Below, one piece after another: positions 19,019 through 31,296 of a stretch of 64,000 nucleotides of DNA. Every line of letters starts with the position of its first letter. Position 1 is the first letter of the stretch. The position numbers were made by a program, and so were the translations under genes. This DNA is from Escherichia coli. Lineage in GTDB: Bacteria > Pseudomonadota > Gammaproteobacteria > Enterobacterales > Enterobacteriaceae. The notes under the pieces were generated by a model that saw only the letters and a program-made list of their open reading frames with translations, made no database searches and was not told the origin of the DNA. The stretch is taken from the NCBI RefSeq assembly GCF_003790525.1, contig NZ_CP033635.1. The stretch is one strand, 5' to 3'.

Positions 19019-19918
19019 ATGTTTTCTGGGCTGTTAATCATTCTGGTTCCCCTGATTGTGGGTTACCTCATTCCGCTTCGCCAAAAAGCTGCATTAAGAG
19101 TTATTAATCAGCTATTAAGCTGGATGGTTTACCTTATTCTCTTTTTTATGGGTATCAGTCTGGCGTTTCTCGATAACCTCGCCAGTAACCTGTTGGCGAT
19201 TCTGCATTATTCTGCTGTCAGTATTACCGTTATTTTACTGTGTAATATTGCCGCCCTGATGTGGCTGGAGCGCGGCCTGCCATGGCGCAACCACCATCAT
19301 CAAGAAAAACTCCCGTCGCGTATTGCGATGGCGCTGGAGTCGCTAAAACTGTGCGGCGTAGTAGTGATTGGTTTTGCCATTGGCCTGAGTGGACTGGCTT
19401 TCTTACAACATGCGACCGAAGCCAGTGAATACACCTTAATTCTGCTACTTTTCCTCGTCGGTATTCAGTTGCGCAATAATGGCATGACCTTAAAGCAGAT
19501 TGTCCTTAATCGCCGGGGAATGATTGTCGCCGTGGTGGTGGTTGCCAGTTCATTAATTGGTGGTTTAATTAACGCCTTTATTCTTGATCTTCCCATCAAT
19601 ACCGCGCTGGCAATGGCCTCCGGTTTCGGCTGGTATTCTCTTTCCGGTATTTTATTGACCGAATCTTTTGGTCCGGTAATCGGGAGCGCGGCGTTTTTTA
19701 ATGATCTGGCCCGTGAGCTGATTGCTATTATGTTGATCCCTGGGCTGATTCGCCGTAGCCGCTCGACTGCACTGGGCTTATGTGGTGCGACGTCGATGGA
19801 TTTCACCCTGCCCGTTCTTCAACGTACTGGCGGGCTGGATATGGTCCCGGCGGCGATTGTTCACGGTTTTATTCTTAGCCTGTTAGTGCCGATCCTCATC
19901 GCCTTTTTCTCTGCATAA
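19019..19918 (+). CDS. lysO: Lysine exporter LysO (YbjE)
   Basis: ORF 18971..19918; start MFSGLLIILVPLIVGYLIPL gives 299 aa polytopic membrane protein. Confidence 0.9.
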   Translation: MFSGLLIILVPLIVGYLIPLRQKAALRVINQLLSWMVYLILFFMGISLAFLDNLASNLLAILHYSAVSITVILLCNIAALMWLERGLPWRNHHHQEKLPSRIAMALESLKLCGVVVIGFAIGLSGLAFLQHATEASEYTLILLLFLVGIQLRNNGMTLKQIVLNRRGMIVAVVVVASSLIGGLINAFILDLPINTALAMASGFGWYSLSGILLTESFGPVIGSAAFFNDLARELIAIMLIPGLIRRSRSTALGLCGATSMDFTLPVLQRTGGLDMVPAAIVHGFILSLLVPILIAFFSA

Positions 19919-20024
19919 TACCTCTCTGGCGGTAGATCCCTGCCGCCAAAATTGCGCTAAATCAATCTCCCCTAAAGTTGCATTAAAAATCTCTTTTATC
20001 CCCGCGTTAAGCGTCTTAACCTTA

Positions 20025-20045
20025 AACATGTATATTAAATATAAC
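20025..20045. promoter_or_regulatory. AT-rich near-palindrome in hcp promoter region (possible NsrR-type operator)
   Basis: AACATGTATATTAAATATAAC about 20 bp upstream of hcp; hcp is known to be NsrR/FNR regulated; site assignment is inference. Confidence 0.25.
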
Positions 20046-20061
20046 TTTAAAAGGTGTGATC

Positions 20062-21714
20062 ATGTTTTGTGTGCAATGTGAACAAACTATCCGTACTCCG
20101 GCAGGAAACGGCTGCTCATACGCGCAGGGGATGTGTGGTAAAACGGCGGAAACCTCTGACCTTCAGGATTTACTCATCGCGGCGCTGCAAGGGCTTTCGG
20201 CCTGGGCGGTAAAAGCGCGTGAATACGGCATCATCAACCACGATGTAGACAGCTTTGCACCACGTGCCTTTTTCTCAACCCTGACCAACGTTAACTTCGA
20301 TTCCCCGCGTATTGTCGGCTACGCTCGTGAAGCGATTGCCCTGCGCGAGGCGCTGAAAGCACAATGCCTGGCTGTAGAAGCCAACGCCCGCGTCGATAAC
20401 CCGATGGCTGACCTGCAACTGGTGAGCGACGATCTCGGCGAGCTGCAACGTCAGGCAGCAGAATTTACCCCTAACAAAGATAAAGCGGCGATTGGCGAAA
20501 ACATTCTCGGCCTGCGTCTGCTGTGCCTGTATGGCCTGAAAGGTGCGGCGGCCTATATGGAACACGCGCATGTTCTCGGTCAATACGACAACGATATTTA
20601 TGCCCAGTACCATAAAATCATGGCGTGGCTGGGGACCTGGCCTGCCGATATGAACGCGCTTCTTGAGTGTTCAATGGAAATCGGCCAGATGAACTTCAAA
20701 GTGATGAGCATTCTGGATGCAGGCGAAACCAGTAAATACGGTCACCCGACGCCAACCCAGGTCAACGTCAAAGCGACGGCAGGTAAATGCATTCTGATTT
20801 CCGGTCACGATCTCAAAGATCTCTACAACCTGCTGGAACAGACCGAAGGCACGGGCGTTAATGTCTACACCCACGGTGAAATGCTGCCTGCGCATGGCTA
20901 CCCGGAGCTGCGTAAATTCAAGCATCTGGTCGGTAACTACGGCAGCGGCTGGCAGAATCAGCAAGTGGAGTTCGCTCGTTTCCCTGGCCCCATCGTGATG
21001 ACCTCGAACTGCATCATCGACCCAACCGTAGGCGCTTATGACGATCGTATCTGGACCCGCAGCATCGTTGGCTGGCCGGGTGTGCGTCATCTGGATGGCG
21101 AAGATTTCTCTGCGGTCATTGCCCAGGCGCAACAAATGGCAGGCTTCCCGTACAGCGAAATTCCGCACCTGATCACCGTGGGCTTTGGCCGCCAGACGCT
21201 GCTTGGCGCAGCGGATACGCTGATTGATCTGGTGAGCCGTGAAAAACTGCGTCATATCTTCCTGCTTGGTGGCTGTGACGGCGCACGCGGCGAACGTCAC
21301 TACTTCACCGATTTCGCCACCAGCGTGCCGGATGACTGCCTGATCCTGACCCTCGCCTGTGGTAAATATCGCTTTAATAAACTTGAGTTTGGCGATATCG
21401 AAGGTCTGCCGCGTCTGGTAGATGCAGGTCAATGTAACGATGCTTACTCAGCGATTATTCTGGCTGTCACTCTGGCAGAGAAACTGGGCTGCGGAGTCAA
21501 CGATCTGCCGCTGTCGCTGGTGCTATCCTGGTTTGAACAGAAAGCGATTGTCATTCTGCTGACGCTGCTTTCTCTGGGTGTGAAAAATATCGTCACCGGC
21601 CCGACTGCACCTGGTTTCCTGACACCAGACCTGCTGGCAGTGCTGAACGAGAAATTCGGCCTGCGTTCTATCACCACTGTTGAAGAAGACATGAAGCAAC
21701 TGTTGAGCGCGTAA
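20062..21714 (+). CDS. hcp: Hybrid-cluster protein Hcp (hydroxylamine reductase / NO reductase)
   Basis: ORF 20056..21714; start [27 protein letters not shown] (Cys-rich N-terminus) gives 550 aa. Confidence 0.93.
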   Translation: MFCVQCEQTIRTPAGNGCSYAQGMCGKTAETSDLQDLLIAALQGLSAWAVKAREYGIINHDVDSFAPRAFFSTLTNVNFDSPRIVGYAREAIALREALKAQCLAVEANARVDNPMADLQLVSDDLGELQRQAAEFTPNKDKAAIGENILGLRLLCLYGLKGAAAYMEHAHVLGQYDNDIYAQYHKIMAWLGTWPADMNALLECSMEIGQMNFKVMSILDAGETSKYGHPTPTQVNVKATAGKCILISGHDLKDLYNLLEQTEGTGVNVYTHGEMLPAHGYPELRKFKHLVGNYGSGWQNQQVEFARFPGPIVMTSNCIIDPTVGAYDDRIWTRSIVGWPGVRHLDGEDFSAVIAQAQQMAGFPYSEIPHLITVGFGRQTLLGAADTLIDLVSREKLRHIFLLGGCDGARGERHYFTDFATSVPDDCLILTLACGKYRFNKLEFGDIEGLPRLVDAGQCNDAYSAIILAVTLAEKLGCGVNDLPLSLVLSWFEQKAIVILLTLLSLGVKNIVTGPTAPGFLTPDLLAVLNEKFGLRSITTVEEDMKQLLSA

Positions 21715-21725
21715 GGAGTTTGTCG

Positions 21726-22694
21726 ATGACGATGCCAACGAATCAATGCCCGTGGCGGATGCAGGTTCATCACATTACGCAAGAAACGCCGGATGTGTGG
21801 ACGATTTCCCTGATTTGCCACGATTACTACCCATATCGCGCCGGGCAATATGCACTGGTCAGCGTGCGTAACTCAGCGGAAACGCTGCGTGCTTACACCA
21901 TTTCCTCCACGCCAGGCGTGAGTGAATACATCACCCTGACTGTGCGGCGGATTGATGACGGTGTCGGCTCCCGGTGGCTGACGCGCGATGTAAAACGCGG
22001 TGATTATCTCTGGCTTTCGGACGCGATGGGGGAATTTACCTGCGACGATAAAGCAGAAGATAAATTCCTGTTGCTGGCGGCAGGCTGCGGCGTTACGCCG
22101 ATTATGTCGATGCGTCGCTGGCTGGCGAAGAACCGTCCACAGGCCGATGTGCAGGTGATCTACAACGTGCGTACGCCGCAGGATGTGATTTTCGCCGATG
22201 AGTGGCGTAACTATCCGGTAACGCTGGTGGCGGAAAATAACGTTACCGAAGGCTTTATCGCTGGTCGTCTCACTCGCGAACTGCTGGCAGGTGTCCCTGA
22301 TTTAGCCTCACGTACCGTGATGACCTGTGGCCCTGCTCCATATATGGATTGGGTAGAGCAGGAAGTGAAAGCGCTCGGCGTGACGCGTTTCTTTAAAGAG
22401 AAATTCTTCACCCCAGTAGCGGAAGCGGCGACCAGCGGTCTGAAATTCACCAAACTGCAACCGGCACGAGAATTTTACGCCCCGGTTGGCACCACGCTAC
22501 TGGAGGCGCTGGAAAGCAATAACGTTCCGGTTGTCGCCGCCTGCCGCGCAGGTGTTTGCGGCTGCTGTAAGACGAAAGTGGTTTCCGGTGAATATACGGT
22601 GAGCAGCACAATGACGCTGACCGACGCCGAAATCGCTGAAGGTTACGTACTGGCCTGCTCCTGCCATCCGCAGGGGGATTTGGTTCTCGCATAA
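21726..22694 (+). CDS. hcr: NADH oxidoreductase Hcr (FAD/NAD-binding, 2Fe-2S)
   Basis: ORF 21720..22694; start MTMPTNQCPWRMQVHHITQETPDVW gives 322 aa; C-terminal CRAGVCGCCK ferredoxin motif; which of two close ATGs is used is uncertain. Confidence 0.9.
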   Translation: MTMPTNQCPWRMQVHHITQETPDVWTISLICHDYYPYRAGQYALVSVRNSAETLRAYTISSTPGVSEYITLTVRRIDDGVGSRWLTRDVKRGDYLWLSDAMGEFTCDDKAEDKFLLLAAGCGVTPIMSMRRWLAKNRPQADVQVIYNVRTPQDVIFADEWRNYPVTLVAENNVTEGFIAGRLTRELLAGVPDLASRTVMTCGPAPYMDWVEQEVKALGVTRFFKEKFFTPVAEAATSGLKFTKLQPAREFYAPVGTTLLEALESNNVPVVAACRAGVCGCCKTKVVSGEYTVSSTMTLTDAEIAEGYVLACSCHPQGDLVLA

Positions 22695-22826
22695 TCGCCT
22701 GATGCCCGATGATATTCCTTTCATCGGGCTATTTAACCGTAAGTGCCTCCTTTTTCTCCCATCCCTTCCCCCTCCGTCAGATGAACTAAACTTGTTACCG
22801 TTATCACATTCAGGAGATGGAGAACC

Positions 22827-24545
22827 ATGAAACAAACGGTTGCAGCATATATCGCCAAAACACTCGAATCGGCAGGCGTGAAACGCATCTGGGGAGTCAC
22901 GGGCGACTCTCTGAACGGTCTTAGCGACAGTCTTAATCGCATGGGCACCATCGAGTGGATGTCCACCCGGCATGAAGAAGTGGCGGCGTTTGCCGCTGGC
23001 GCTGAAGCACAACTTAGCGGAGAACTGGCGGTCTGTGCCGGATCGTGCGGTCCCGGTAACCTGCACTTAATCAACGGCCTGTTCGATTGCCACCGCAATC
23101 ACGTTCCGGTACTGGCGATTGCCGCTCATATTCCCTCCAGCGAAATTGGCAGCGGCTATTTCCAGGAAACCCACCCACAAGAGTTATTCCGCGAATGTAG
23201 TCACTATTGCGAGCTGGTTTCCAGCCCGGAGCAGATCCCACAAGTGCTGGCAATTGCTATGCGCAAAGCAGTGCTAAACCGTGGCGTTTCCGTTGTCGTG
23301 TTACCGGGCGACGTGGCGTTAAAACCTGCACCAGAAGGGGCAACTACCCACTGGTATCATGCGCCACAGCCAGTCGTGACGCCGGAAGAAGAAGAGTTAC
23401 GCAAACTGGCGCAACTGCTGCGTTACTCCAGCAATATCGCCCTGATGTGCGGCAGTGGCTGCGCGGGGGCGCATAAAGAGTTAGTTGAGTTTGCCGGGAA
23501 AATTAAAGCGCCTATTGTTCATGCCCTGCGCGGTAAAGAGCATGTCGAATACGATAATCCGTATGATGTCGGAATGACGGGATTAATCGGCTTCTCGTCA
23601 GGTTTCCATACCATGATGAATGCCGATACGTTAGTGCTGCTCGGCACGCAATTTCCCTACCGCGCGTTCTACCCGACCGATGCCAAAATTATTCAGATTG
23701 ATATCAACCCAGCCAGCATCGGCGCGCATAGCAAGGTAGATATGGCGCTGGTCGGCGATATCAAATCAACCCTGCGGGCATTGCTGCCACTGGTGGAAGA
23801 AAAAACCGATCGCAAGTTTCTGGATAAAGCGCTGGAAGATTACCGCGACGCCCGCAAAGGGCTGGATGATTTAGCTAAACCGAGCGAGAAAGCCATTCAC
23901 CCGCAATATCTGGCGCAGCAAATTAGTCATTTTGCCGCCGATGACGCCATCTTTACCTGTGACGTTGGTACGCCAACGGTGTGGGCGGCACGTTATCTGA
24001 AAATGAACGGCAAGCGTCGTCTGTTAGGTTCGTTTAACCACGGTTCGATGGCTAACGCCATGCCGCAGGCGCTGGGTGCGCAGGCAACCGAGCCGGAACG
24101 TCAGGTGGTCGCCATGTGCGGCGATGGCGGTTTCAGTATGTTGATGGGCGATTTCCTCTCAGTAATGCAGATGAAATTGCCAGTGAAAATTATCGTCTTT
24201 AATAACAGCGTGCTGGGCTTTGTGGCGATGGAGATGAAAGCCGGAGGCTACCTGACAGACGGTACTGAGCTGCACGACACCAACTTTGCCCGCATTGCCG
24301 AAGCGTGCGGAATTACGGGTATTCGCGTGGAAAAAGCCTCTGAAGTCGATGAAGCCCTGCAACGCGCCTTTTCCATCGACGGTCCGGTGTTGGTGGATGT
24401 GGTAGTAGCCAAAGAAGAGTTAGCCATTCCACCGCAGATCAAACTTGAACAGGCCAAAGGATTTAGCTTGTATATGTTGCGCGCAATCATCAGCGGACGC
24501 GGTGATGAAGTGATCGAACTGGCGAAAACGAACTGGCTAAGGTAA
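22827..24545 (+). CDS. poxB: Pyruvate oxidase (ubiquinone) PoxB, TPP/FAD enzyme
   Basis: 572-aa [35 protein letters not shown]…. Confidence 0.95.
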   Translation: MKQTVAAYIAKTLESAGVKRIWGVTGDSLNGLSDSLNRMGTIEWMSTRHEEVAAFAAGAEAQLSGELAVCAGSCGPGNLHLINGLFDCHRNHVPVLAIAAHIPSSEIGSGYFQETHPQELFRECSHYCELVSSPEQIPQVLAIAMRKAVLNRGVSVVVLPGDVALKPAPEGATTHWYHAPQPVVTPEEEELRKLAQLLRYSSNIALMCGSGCAGAHKELVEFAGKIKAPIVHALRGKEHVEYDNPYDVGMTGLIGFSSGFHTMMNADTLVLLGTQFPYRAFYPTDAKIIQIDINPASIGAHSKVDMALVGDIKSTLRALLPLVEEKTDRKFLDKALEDYRDARKGLDDLAKPSEKAIHPQYLAQQISHFAADDAIFTCDVGTPTVWAARYLKMNGKRRLLGSFNHGSMANAMPQALGAQATEPERQVVAMCGDGGFSMLMGDFLSVMQMKLPVKIIVFNNSVLGFVAMEMKAGGYLTDGTELHDTNFARIAEACGITGIRVEKASEVDEALQRAFSIDGPVLVDVVVAKEELAIPPQIKLEQAKGFSLYMLRAIISGRGDEVIELAKTNWLR

Positions 24546-24581
24546 AAAGGGTGGCATTTCCCGTCATAATAAGGACATGCC

Positions 24582-25583
24582 ATGATTGATTTACGCAGTG
24601 ATACCGTTACCCGACCGAGCCGCGCCATGCTCGAAGCAATGATGGCCGCCCCGGTTGGGGACGACGTTTACGGAGACGACCCTACCGTTAATGCTCTGCA
24701 GGACTATGCGGCAGAGCTTTCCGGTAAAGAAGCCGCCATTTTTCTGCCGACCGGCACCCAGGCTAACCTGGTCGCTCTGCTCAGTCACTGCGAACGCGGC
24801 GAAGAGTATATTGTCGGTCAGGCCGCACACAACTATCTGTTTGAAGCCGGTGGCGCAGCGGTGCTGGGCAGTATTCAACCGCAACCCATCGACGCGGCTG
24901 CCGACGGCACGCTACCGCTGGATAAAGTGGCGATGAAAATCAAACCCGACGATATCCATTTCGCCCGCACCAAATTACTCAGTCTGGAAAACACTCACAA
25001 CGGCAAAGTGCTGCCGCGTGAATACCTCAAAGAAGCATGGGAATTTACCCGCGAGCGCAATCTGGCGCTGCATGTGGACGGTGCGCGCATCTTTAATGCT
25101 GTGGTGGCTTACGGCTGCGAACTGAAAGAGATCACACAATATTGTGATTCGTTCACCATTTGCCTGTCGAAAGGTCTTGGGACGCCAGTCGGTTCATTAC
25201 TCGTCGGTAATCGTGATTACATTAAACGTGCCATTCGCTGGCGGAAAATGACAGGTGGCGGGATGCGCCAGTCCGGCATTCTGGCTGCCGCCGGAATATA
25301 TGCCCTGAAAAATAACGTTGCGCGCTTGCAGGAAGACCACGACAACGCTGCCTGGATGGCGGAGCAGCTGCGTGAAGCAGGCGCGGATGTGATGCGTCAG
25401 GACACCAATATGCTGTTTGTTCGCGTCGGGGAAGAAAATGCTGCCGCGTTAGGCGAATACATGAAAGCGAGAAACGTGCTGATTAACGCCTCGCCGATTG
25501 TCCGCCTGGTGACGCATCTTGACGTCTCGCGCGCTCAGCTGGCGGAAGTCGCCGCCCACTGGCGCGCATTCCTGGCGCGTTAA
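24582..25583 (+). CDS. ltaE: Low-specificity L-threonine aldolase LtaE
   Basis: 333-aa [43 protein letters not shown]. Confidence 0.93.
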   Translation: MIDLRSDTVTRPSRAMLEAMMAAPVGDDVYGDDPTVNALQDYAAELSGKEAAIFLPTGTQANLVALLSHCERGEEYIVGQAAHNYLFEAGGAAVLGSIQPQPIDAAADGTLPLDKVAMKIKPDDIHFARTKLLSLENTHNGKVLPREYLKEAWEFTRERNLALHVDGARIFNAVVAYGCELKEITQYCDSFTICLSKGLGTPVGSLLVGNRDYIKRAIRWRKMTGGGMRQSGILAAAGIYALKNNVARLQEDHDNAAWMAEQLREAGADVMRQDTNMLFVRVGEENAAALGEYMKARNVLINASPIVRLVTHLDVSRAQLAEVAAHWRAFLAR

Positions 25584-25593
25584 GGAGGGAGAC

Positions 25594-27024
25594 GTGCCGC
25601 AACGCATTTTAGTTCTCGGTGCCAGTGGCTACATTGGTCAGCATCTGGTGCGAACACTCAGCCAGCAGGGGCATCAGATCCTGGCGGCGGCACGTCATGT
25701 CGACAGGCTTGCAAAGCTGCAACTGGCAAATGTCAGTTGCCATAAAGTCGATCTCAGCTGGCCGGATAACCTTCCGGCCCTGTTGCAGGATATCGATACG
25801 GTCTATTTTCTGGTGCACAGCATGGGCGAAGGCGGCGATTTTATCGCTCAGGAGCGCCAGGTGGCTCTCAACGTCCGCGATGCGCTACGTGAAGTCCCAG
25901 TTAAGCAATTAATCTTTCTCAGTTCGTTGCAGGCCCCGCCACATGAGCAGTCGGACCATCTGCGCGCCCGTCAGGCTACGGCGGATATTCTTCGTGAAGC
26001 GGGTGTCCCGGTGACCGAATTGCGTGCCGGAATAATCGTTGGTGCAGGTTCAGCGGCGTTCGAAGTCATGCGCGATATGGTCTACAACCTGCCGGTGTTA
26101 ACGCCGCCACGCTGGGTTCGTTCACGCACCACGCCCATCGCGCTGGAAAACTTGCTGCACTATCTGGTGGCGCTGTTAGACCATCCAGCCAGCGAACATC
26201 GCATCTTCGAAGCCGCCGGACCAGAAGTGCTCAGTTATCAGCAACAGTTTGAACATTTTATGGCGGTGAGCGGTAAGCGCCGCTGGTTGATCCCCATCCC
26301 CTTCCCCACCCGCTGGATTTCGGTGTGGTTTCTCAATGTGATTACTTCCGTACCGCCCACTACCGCCAAAGCGTTGATTCAGGGGCTGAAACACGATCTG
26401 CTGGCAGATGACACCGCGTTACGTGCACTCATCCCACAACGGCTGATTGCTTTCGATGACGCGGTACGTCGCACCCTGAAAGAGGAAGAAAAGCTGGTCA
26501 ACTCCAGCGACTGGGGATACGACGCTCAGGCCTTTGCCCGCTGGCGACCGGAGTACGGTTATTTCGCCAAACAGGCGGGGTTTACCGTTAAAACGTCCGC
26601 CAGCCTTGCGGCTTTATGGCAGGTGGTGAATCAAATCGGCGGTAGAGAGCGTTATTTCTTTGGTAATATTTTGTGGCAGACCCGGGCGCTGATGGACCGC
26701 GCGATCGGTCATAAGCTGGCGAAAGGCCGCCCGGAGCGTGAATATTTGCAAACTGGCGATGCGGTAGACAGCTGGAAAGTGATTATCGTCGAGCCGGAAA
26801 AACAACTTGCGTTGTTATTTGGCATGAAAGCGCCGGGGCTGGGACGACTGTGTTTTACCCTGGAAGATAAAGGCGACTATCGTACTATCGATGTTCGCGC
26901 ATTCTGGCATCCGCACGGGATGCCGGGGCTGTTTTACTGGTTACTGATGATCCCCGCGCATCTGTTTATTTTTCGCGGAATGGCAAAACGAATCGCCAGA
27001 CTGGCAGAACAAAGCACAGATTAA
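25594..27024 (+). CDS. ybjT: NAD(P)-binding epimerase/dehydratase-family protein YbjT
   Basis: ORF 25519..27024; likely GTG start preceded by [26 protein letters not shown], gives 476 aa. Confidence 0.85.
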   Translation: MPQRILVLGASGYIGQHLVRTLSQQGHQILAAARHVDRLAKLQLANVSCHKVDLSWPDNLPALLQDIDTVYFLVHSMGEGGDFIAQERQVALNVRDALREVPVKQLIFLSSLQAPPHEQSDHLRARQATADILREAGVPVTELRAGIIVGAGSAAFEVMRDMVYNLPVLTPPRWVRSRTTPIALENLLHYLVALLDHPASEHRIFEAAGPEVLSYQQQFEHFMAVSGKRRWLIPIPFPTRWISVWFLNVITSVPPTTAKALIQGLKHDLLADDTALRALIPQRLIAFDDAVRRTLKEEEKLVNSSDWGYDAQAFARWRPEYGYFAKQAGFTVKTSASLAALWQVVNQIGGRERYFFGNILWQTRALMDRAIGHKLAKGRPEREYLQTGDAVDSWKVIIVEPEKQLALLFGMKAPGLGRLCFTLEDKGDYRTIDVRAFWHPHGMPGLFYWLLMIPAHLFIFRGMAKRIARLAEQSTD

Positions 27025-27122
27025 TCGACAAAACCTGCGTTATTCTTTCATGTTTCCCATTGCATCATAGGGGAAATCACGGAAGAATGCGCACGTCATT
27101 TTCTCAACAACAGTGGATTGAT

Positions 27123-28136
27123 ATGAAGGTACTGGTTACCGGCGCCACCAGCGGCTTAGGTCGAAACGCGGTAGAGTTTTTATGCCAGAAAGGCATCAGC
27201 GTGCGTGCGACCGGTCGCAACGAGGCAATGGGTAAATTGCTGGAAAAAATGGGCGCAGAGTTTGTTCCGGCGGATCTGACCGAGCTGGTCTCATCACAAG
27301 CTAAAGTGATGCTCGCAGGCATTGATACGCTGTGGCACTGCTCCAGCTTTACCTCGCCCTGGGGGACACAACAGGCTTTCGATCTGGCTAACGTTCGCGC
27401 CACTCGCCGCCTGGGTGAATGGGCTGTCGCCTGGGGTGTGCGTAACTTTATTCATATCTCTTCCCCCTCCCTGTACTTCGATTATCACCACCATCGCGAT
27501 ATTAAAGAAGATTTTCGCCCTCACCGCTTCGCCAACGAGTTTGCCCGTAGCAAAGCAGCCAGCGAAGAAGTGATCAATATGCTTTCGCAGGCGAATCCAC
27601 AAACGCGCTTTACTATTCTGCGCCCACAAAGTCTGTTCGGACCGCACGATAAAGTCTTTATCCCCCGTCTGGCGCATATGATGCACCACTACGGCAGCAT
27701 TCTGTTACCGCACGGCGGCAGTGCGCTGGTCGATATGACCTACTATGAAAATGCCGTGCACGCCATGTGGCTGGCAAGCCAGGAAGCCTGCGATAAGCTA
27801 CCTTCCGGGCGTGTGTACAACATCACCAACGGCGAGCATCGCACACTGCGCAGCATCGTGCAGAAGCTGATCGATGAGTTGAATATTGACTGTCGTATTC
27901 GTTCGGTTCCTTACCCGATGCTGGATATGATCGCCCGCAGCATGGAGCGTTTAGGCCGCAAGTCAGCAAAAGAGCCGCCGCTGACCCACTACGGCGTCTC
28001 CAAGTTGAATTTTGACTTTACGCTGGATATTACGCGTGCGCAGGAAGAGTTAGGTTATCAACCAGTCCTCACCCTGGATGAAGGTATCGAGAAAACTGCC
28101 GCCTGGCTACGCGACCACGGAAAACTGCCGCGCTAA
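27123..28136 (+). CDS. ybjS: NAD-dependent epimerase/dehydratase-family protein YbjS
   Basis: ORF 27060..28136; start [20 protein letters not shown] gives 337 aa. Confidence 0.85.
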   Translation: MKVLVTGATSGLGRNAVEFLCQKGISVRATGRNEAMGKLLEKMGAEFVPADLTELVSSQAKVMLAGIDTLWHCSSFTSPWGTQQAFDLANVRATRRLGEWAVAWGVRNFIHISSPSLYFDYHHHRDIKEDFRPHRFANEFARSKAASEEVINMLSQANPQTRFTILRPQSLFGPHDKVFIPRLAHMMHHYGSILLPHGGSALVDMTYYENAVHAMWLASQEACDKLPSGRVYNITNGEHRTLRSIVQKLIDELNIDCRIRSVPYPMLDMIARSMERLGRKSAKEPPLTHYGVSKLNFDFTLDITRAQEELGYQPVLTLDEGIEKTAAWLRDHGKLPR

Positions 28137-28963
28137 TCCTGCCCGTATTTCTCCAGCAACGCTTCGGCAATCGCCTGAGTTTCTGCATCCGCTTCGCCGT
28201 TGTATAACGTCGGGCGGAAATGCATCTGGAACGCCATAATCACGCGCCGCTGCTCGCGCGGTGTCATATCAGGTTTAACGTCATAACCGTAGCGCGCCAA
28301 AAGCTCCAGCAATGACGCGGTATCTACCGGTGTGTGCGGCGCGCGCCCGGCAAGGTAAAAGTTCACCCGCTGCGCATCCGGCCAGGCACCAATCCCCTGC
28401 TGCGCCAGTTGCTGCCAGGGAAATAATGGCCCCGGATCGTCTTTGCGCTGCGGGGCGATATCCGCATGTGCCACTACGTTTTCCGGCTTGATGTGATAAC
28501 GGGCAATAATATCTTTCGCCAGTGGAATAAGCGCCTGAATCTGTGCCGGTTCAAACGGGGCAAAATATTTCACTCCGGCTGATTTCTGCCAGCCACGGTT
28601 TTCCAGCTCAATGCCAATAGAGGTGTCGTTAAGGCGCGTTGCCCCGCGCCAGGCGCTAATCCCCGCATGCCAGGCCAGTTCCTGTTCCGGCACCAGTTGC
28701 CAGATGCGCGGTTTACCGTTGTATCGCGGTGGCACCGCAGGGACCAGATAATGCGAGCTGACCTGCTTGTCGGTCAGTGTCGCCAGCGAGCTATCAAAAT
28801 CATCTGCGGTGTAGTGGATAACCATCACTTTAATGCGCGGATACGCCGCCTGCGCCTGGCGTCGGGTATCAAGCTGATATCCCTCTTTCTCGACAATGCC
28901 CTTTTCGCCTGCACACCCTGCCAGTAACAGAGCGGCGGCGACCAGCCAGAAGACTCTTCTCAT
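28133..28963 (-). CDS. amiD: N-acetylmuramoyl-L-alanine amidase lipoprotein AmiD
   Basis: 276-aa [23 protein letters not shown] (lipobox), amidase_2 fold. Confidence 0.9.
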
Positions 28964-29283
28964 CGACGCGTTTTCACCGCCGTACCGCTGACGCTAACCA
29001 TCAGCATACTGCCGTTTTGCCCGACCGTTTCATAGTCGATATCAATACCGACTACGGCATCGGCCCCCAGCGCCCGGGCCTGATCGCCGAGCTCCTCAAA
29101 GGCGATCTCCCGCGCTTTACGCAATTCTTTTTCATAAGCCCCGGAGCGTCCGCCAACGATATCGCGGATACCGGCAAAGAAATCACGGAAAATATTGGCA
29201 CCTAAAATCGCTTCGCCGGTCACCACACCGCAATATTCGACGATGGTCTGGCCTTCCAGAGTTGGGGTTGTAGAAAATTGCAT
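28960..29283 (-). CDS. ybjQ: UPF0145 protein YbjQ
   Basis: 107-aa [33 protein letters not shown]…; 4-bp overlap with amiD. Confidence 0.9.
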
Positions 29284-29493
29284 GATCGATCTCCTTGTTT
29301 GTTAAGCCTTCGATCTCTAAAGCATTATCGGACTGATATGCCATGTTGGGAAGAAGGTTTTGATCAGTTTAGGAAATCATCTCATTGTGTCAAAAACAGG
29401 TACATAAGCCTGTACAATTATCTGTTTCGTAACCGGATATTGGTTTCATTATGGAGCACCGCTTACCTGCCCTATTATGTTGTGCCGGCAACA

Positions 29494-31296
29494 TTAATGA
29501 GTGGGAAGAGCCAACTTATATTGTAAATGATTCCTAAAGTCTTCCCCATCTTGCGCCTGAGGTATATACCTCTGGATTGCTTTTTGGTCAGCCGCCGCAA
29601 AACAAGAAAGTAATAAGATCTCAATGCTTTTGTCATTAATATAAGCGAAGATCATTCTTGCAAATTCGTATATAAACGCCCGATCCTGAGCGCTTAATAG
29701 TTTAATACAATATTTATTTTTAAGAAAATAAAGTATTTCAAGGAAAGCATCCGCAGCAACCTTCACGTTATTACCGGCGGTCATATTATATATATCTCTT
29801 GCACAGATAGAGTACAGAGATAGTAAACAGCCATACAAATAATCATTTATTAATTCTTTTGTCCATTTTACTGGCAACCATGGTTTTATCTTGACACCAT
29901 GCATACTACAGTCATGAAAAAGACATTTACTGAAATTAACTCTTATCATATCAACATTGAAAAAATGGCAGTTAATAAATTTTAAAGAATGAGTATTTAC
30001 GTTGTTAATTTTAACAGATCTAAACGAAATATTTTTGAATACACTGTTTATTACATTGCTATTTGTGATTTTAACATCACCTAAACTGCCGTTTTCAAAA
30101 CAACATTTTTTCAATATGCTTTCATTCACAATAGTGTGTGATAAATAGAGATTATTTATGTTTTGCTTTATTAATGCCACGTCATTAAAATGACTATATT
30201 TAATAAAGCAACCATCATTGAGTAGTGTTTTAAGATTGACTAAATTAGTTGCATCTTCACGTACCATCATGGCAACTGGAACAGGCAACGACATAAGAAC
30301 TTCTTCATTCACCATCAAGTGAATCATGCATTGCGTTCCCTTTGTCATATCCACACTTACGCTACAAATATCGTTGTAATGCGAAGAGTGCATTTCAGGA
30401 AACAAATTAAACACGGTATCTTGAAAGGCACTAAATCGTGTTAATAAATCCTGATAATGAACAGGTTTTGTTTCAAAATTATCATCAGCAAATCCAAGTA
30501 CTATTGCATGCTCGATATTTAACGCAGTTTCAAATGATTCTTCTTCTGTAAAATCATTATTTAAAACCTCACCTGACGTATTTTCACTGTCATAAAAAGT
30601 ACTCATCAATGCGATATTGTTTGTTACAGCGTCTTTTGCGATATTCTCACTAATTGCATATCGCCTGCTATAATCATAAAAATGAATAAACGCATCCTTT
30701 ATAAAGGATATATATTGCTCTTTGTTAAAGTCAATACGACTGTATAATTTTTCAAAAATCACATTCGCAATCTTACTACCCATAGTATGCCTGTATAATA
30801 ATGGATGCGATTCAATCGTAAAATGCTTGTCTAATTGATGTTGTAATTTATTCTCATAGTCCAGTGGGAAAAGAAATTTTTGTCTTTCAAGTTTCCCATT
30901 CGATACATTACGTATTCCAATGGTAATTCTTTCATTACCCACTTTTATTTCAACTTCGTTATCTTCTGATTTGCCAAGATATTTTTTAACATCAATCTCG
31001 AAAGCATTACTAAAAAATATATTAAATTGATAATTCGCTGATGTAATATTTTCCGCTAGCAACTCATCATTTTTTATGAGATCACTATCAGCATTTATTG
31101 CTAATATCAGATGCAAGTAGATGGTGTCCCATGTAGACAACTCACCCTTACGACTGGAATTTAATATCGCGAAAAATTCCCTCAGTGAATCGAGGAAATT
31201 ATCACTTTGATTCAGTTGTGTGCCTGGAAATGATGATGCTTGATCAGATATATTGTTTATCATATTAAAAATCACCCAAGGGAAAAGATATTCCAC
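29494..31296 (-). CDS. Hypothetical 600-aa protein with C-terminal pentapeptide-repeat segment, in an AT-rich island; function unknown
   Basis: Long uninterrupted ORF in strongly AT-rich DNA inserted between ybjQ and ybjP; residues about 405-465 read as tandem pentapeptides with F/M at the central position (…FKNIS FRSVK INNVN THSLK FINCH FFNVD MIRVN FSKCL FHDCS MHGVK…). Confidence 0.75.
   Translation of the reverse strand: MEYLFPWVIFNMINNISDQASSFPGTQLNQSDNFLDSLREFFAILNSSRKGELSTWDTIYLHLILAINADSDLIKNDELLAENITSANYQFNIFFSNAFEIDVKKYLGKSEDNEVEIKVGNERITIGIRNVSNGKLERQKFLFPLDYENKLQHQLDKHFTIESHPLLYRHTMGSKIANVIFEKLYSRIDFNKEQYISFIKDAFIHFYDYSRRYAISENIAKDAVTNNIALMSTFYDSENTSGEVLNNDFTEEESFETALNIEHAIVLGFADDNFETKPVHYQDLLTRFSAFQDTVFNLFPEMHSSHYNDICSVSVDMTKGTQCMIHLMVNEEVLMSLPVPVAMMVREDATNLVNLKTLLNDGCFIKYSHFNDVALIKQNINNLYLSHTIVNESILKKCCFENGSLGDVKITNSNVINSVFKNISFRSVKINNVNTHSLKFINCHFFNVDMIRVNFSKCLFHDCSMHGVKIKPWLPVKWTKELINDYLYGCLLSLYSICARDIYNMTAGNNVKVAADAFLEILYFLKNKYCIKLLSAQDRAFIYEFARMIFAYINDKSIEILLLSCFAAADQKAIQRYIPQAQDGEDFRNHLQYKLALPTH

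Noticed and set aside
19930-20060. FNR half-sites upstream of hcp
   Set aside because: TTGCA…AAATC has some resemblance to an FNR box, but spacing and sequence are too degenerate to call by eye; only the AT-rich near-palindrome was listed, at low confidence.
20671-21432. 253-aa minus-strand ORF inside hcp
   Set aside because: Antisense to the highly conserved hcp gene; spurious.
22497-23098. Minus-strand ORFs of 121 and 189 aa overlapping hcr/poxB
   Set aside because: Antisense to conserved genes and spanning a real intergenic region; no coding signal.
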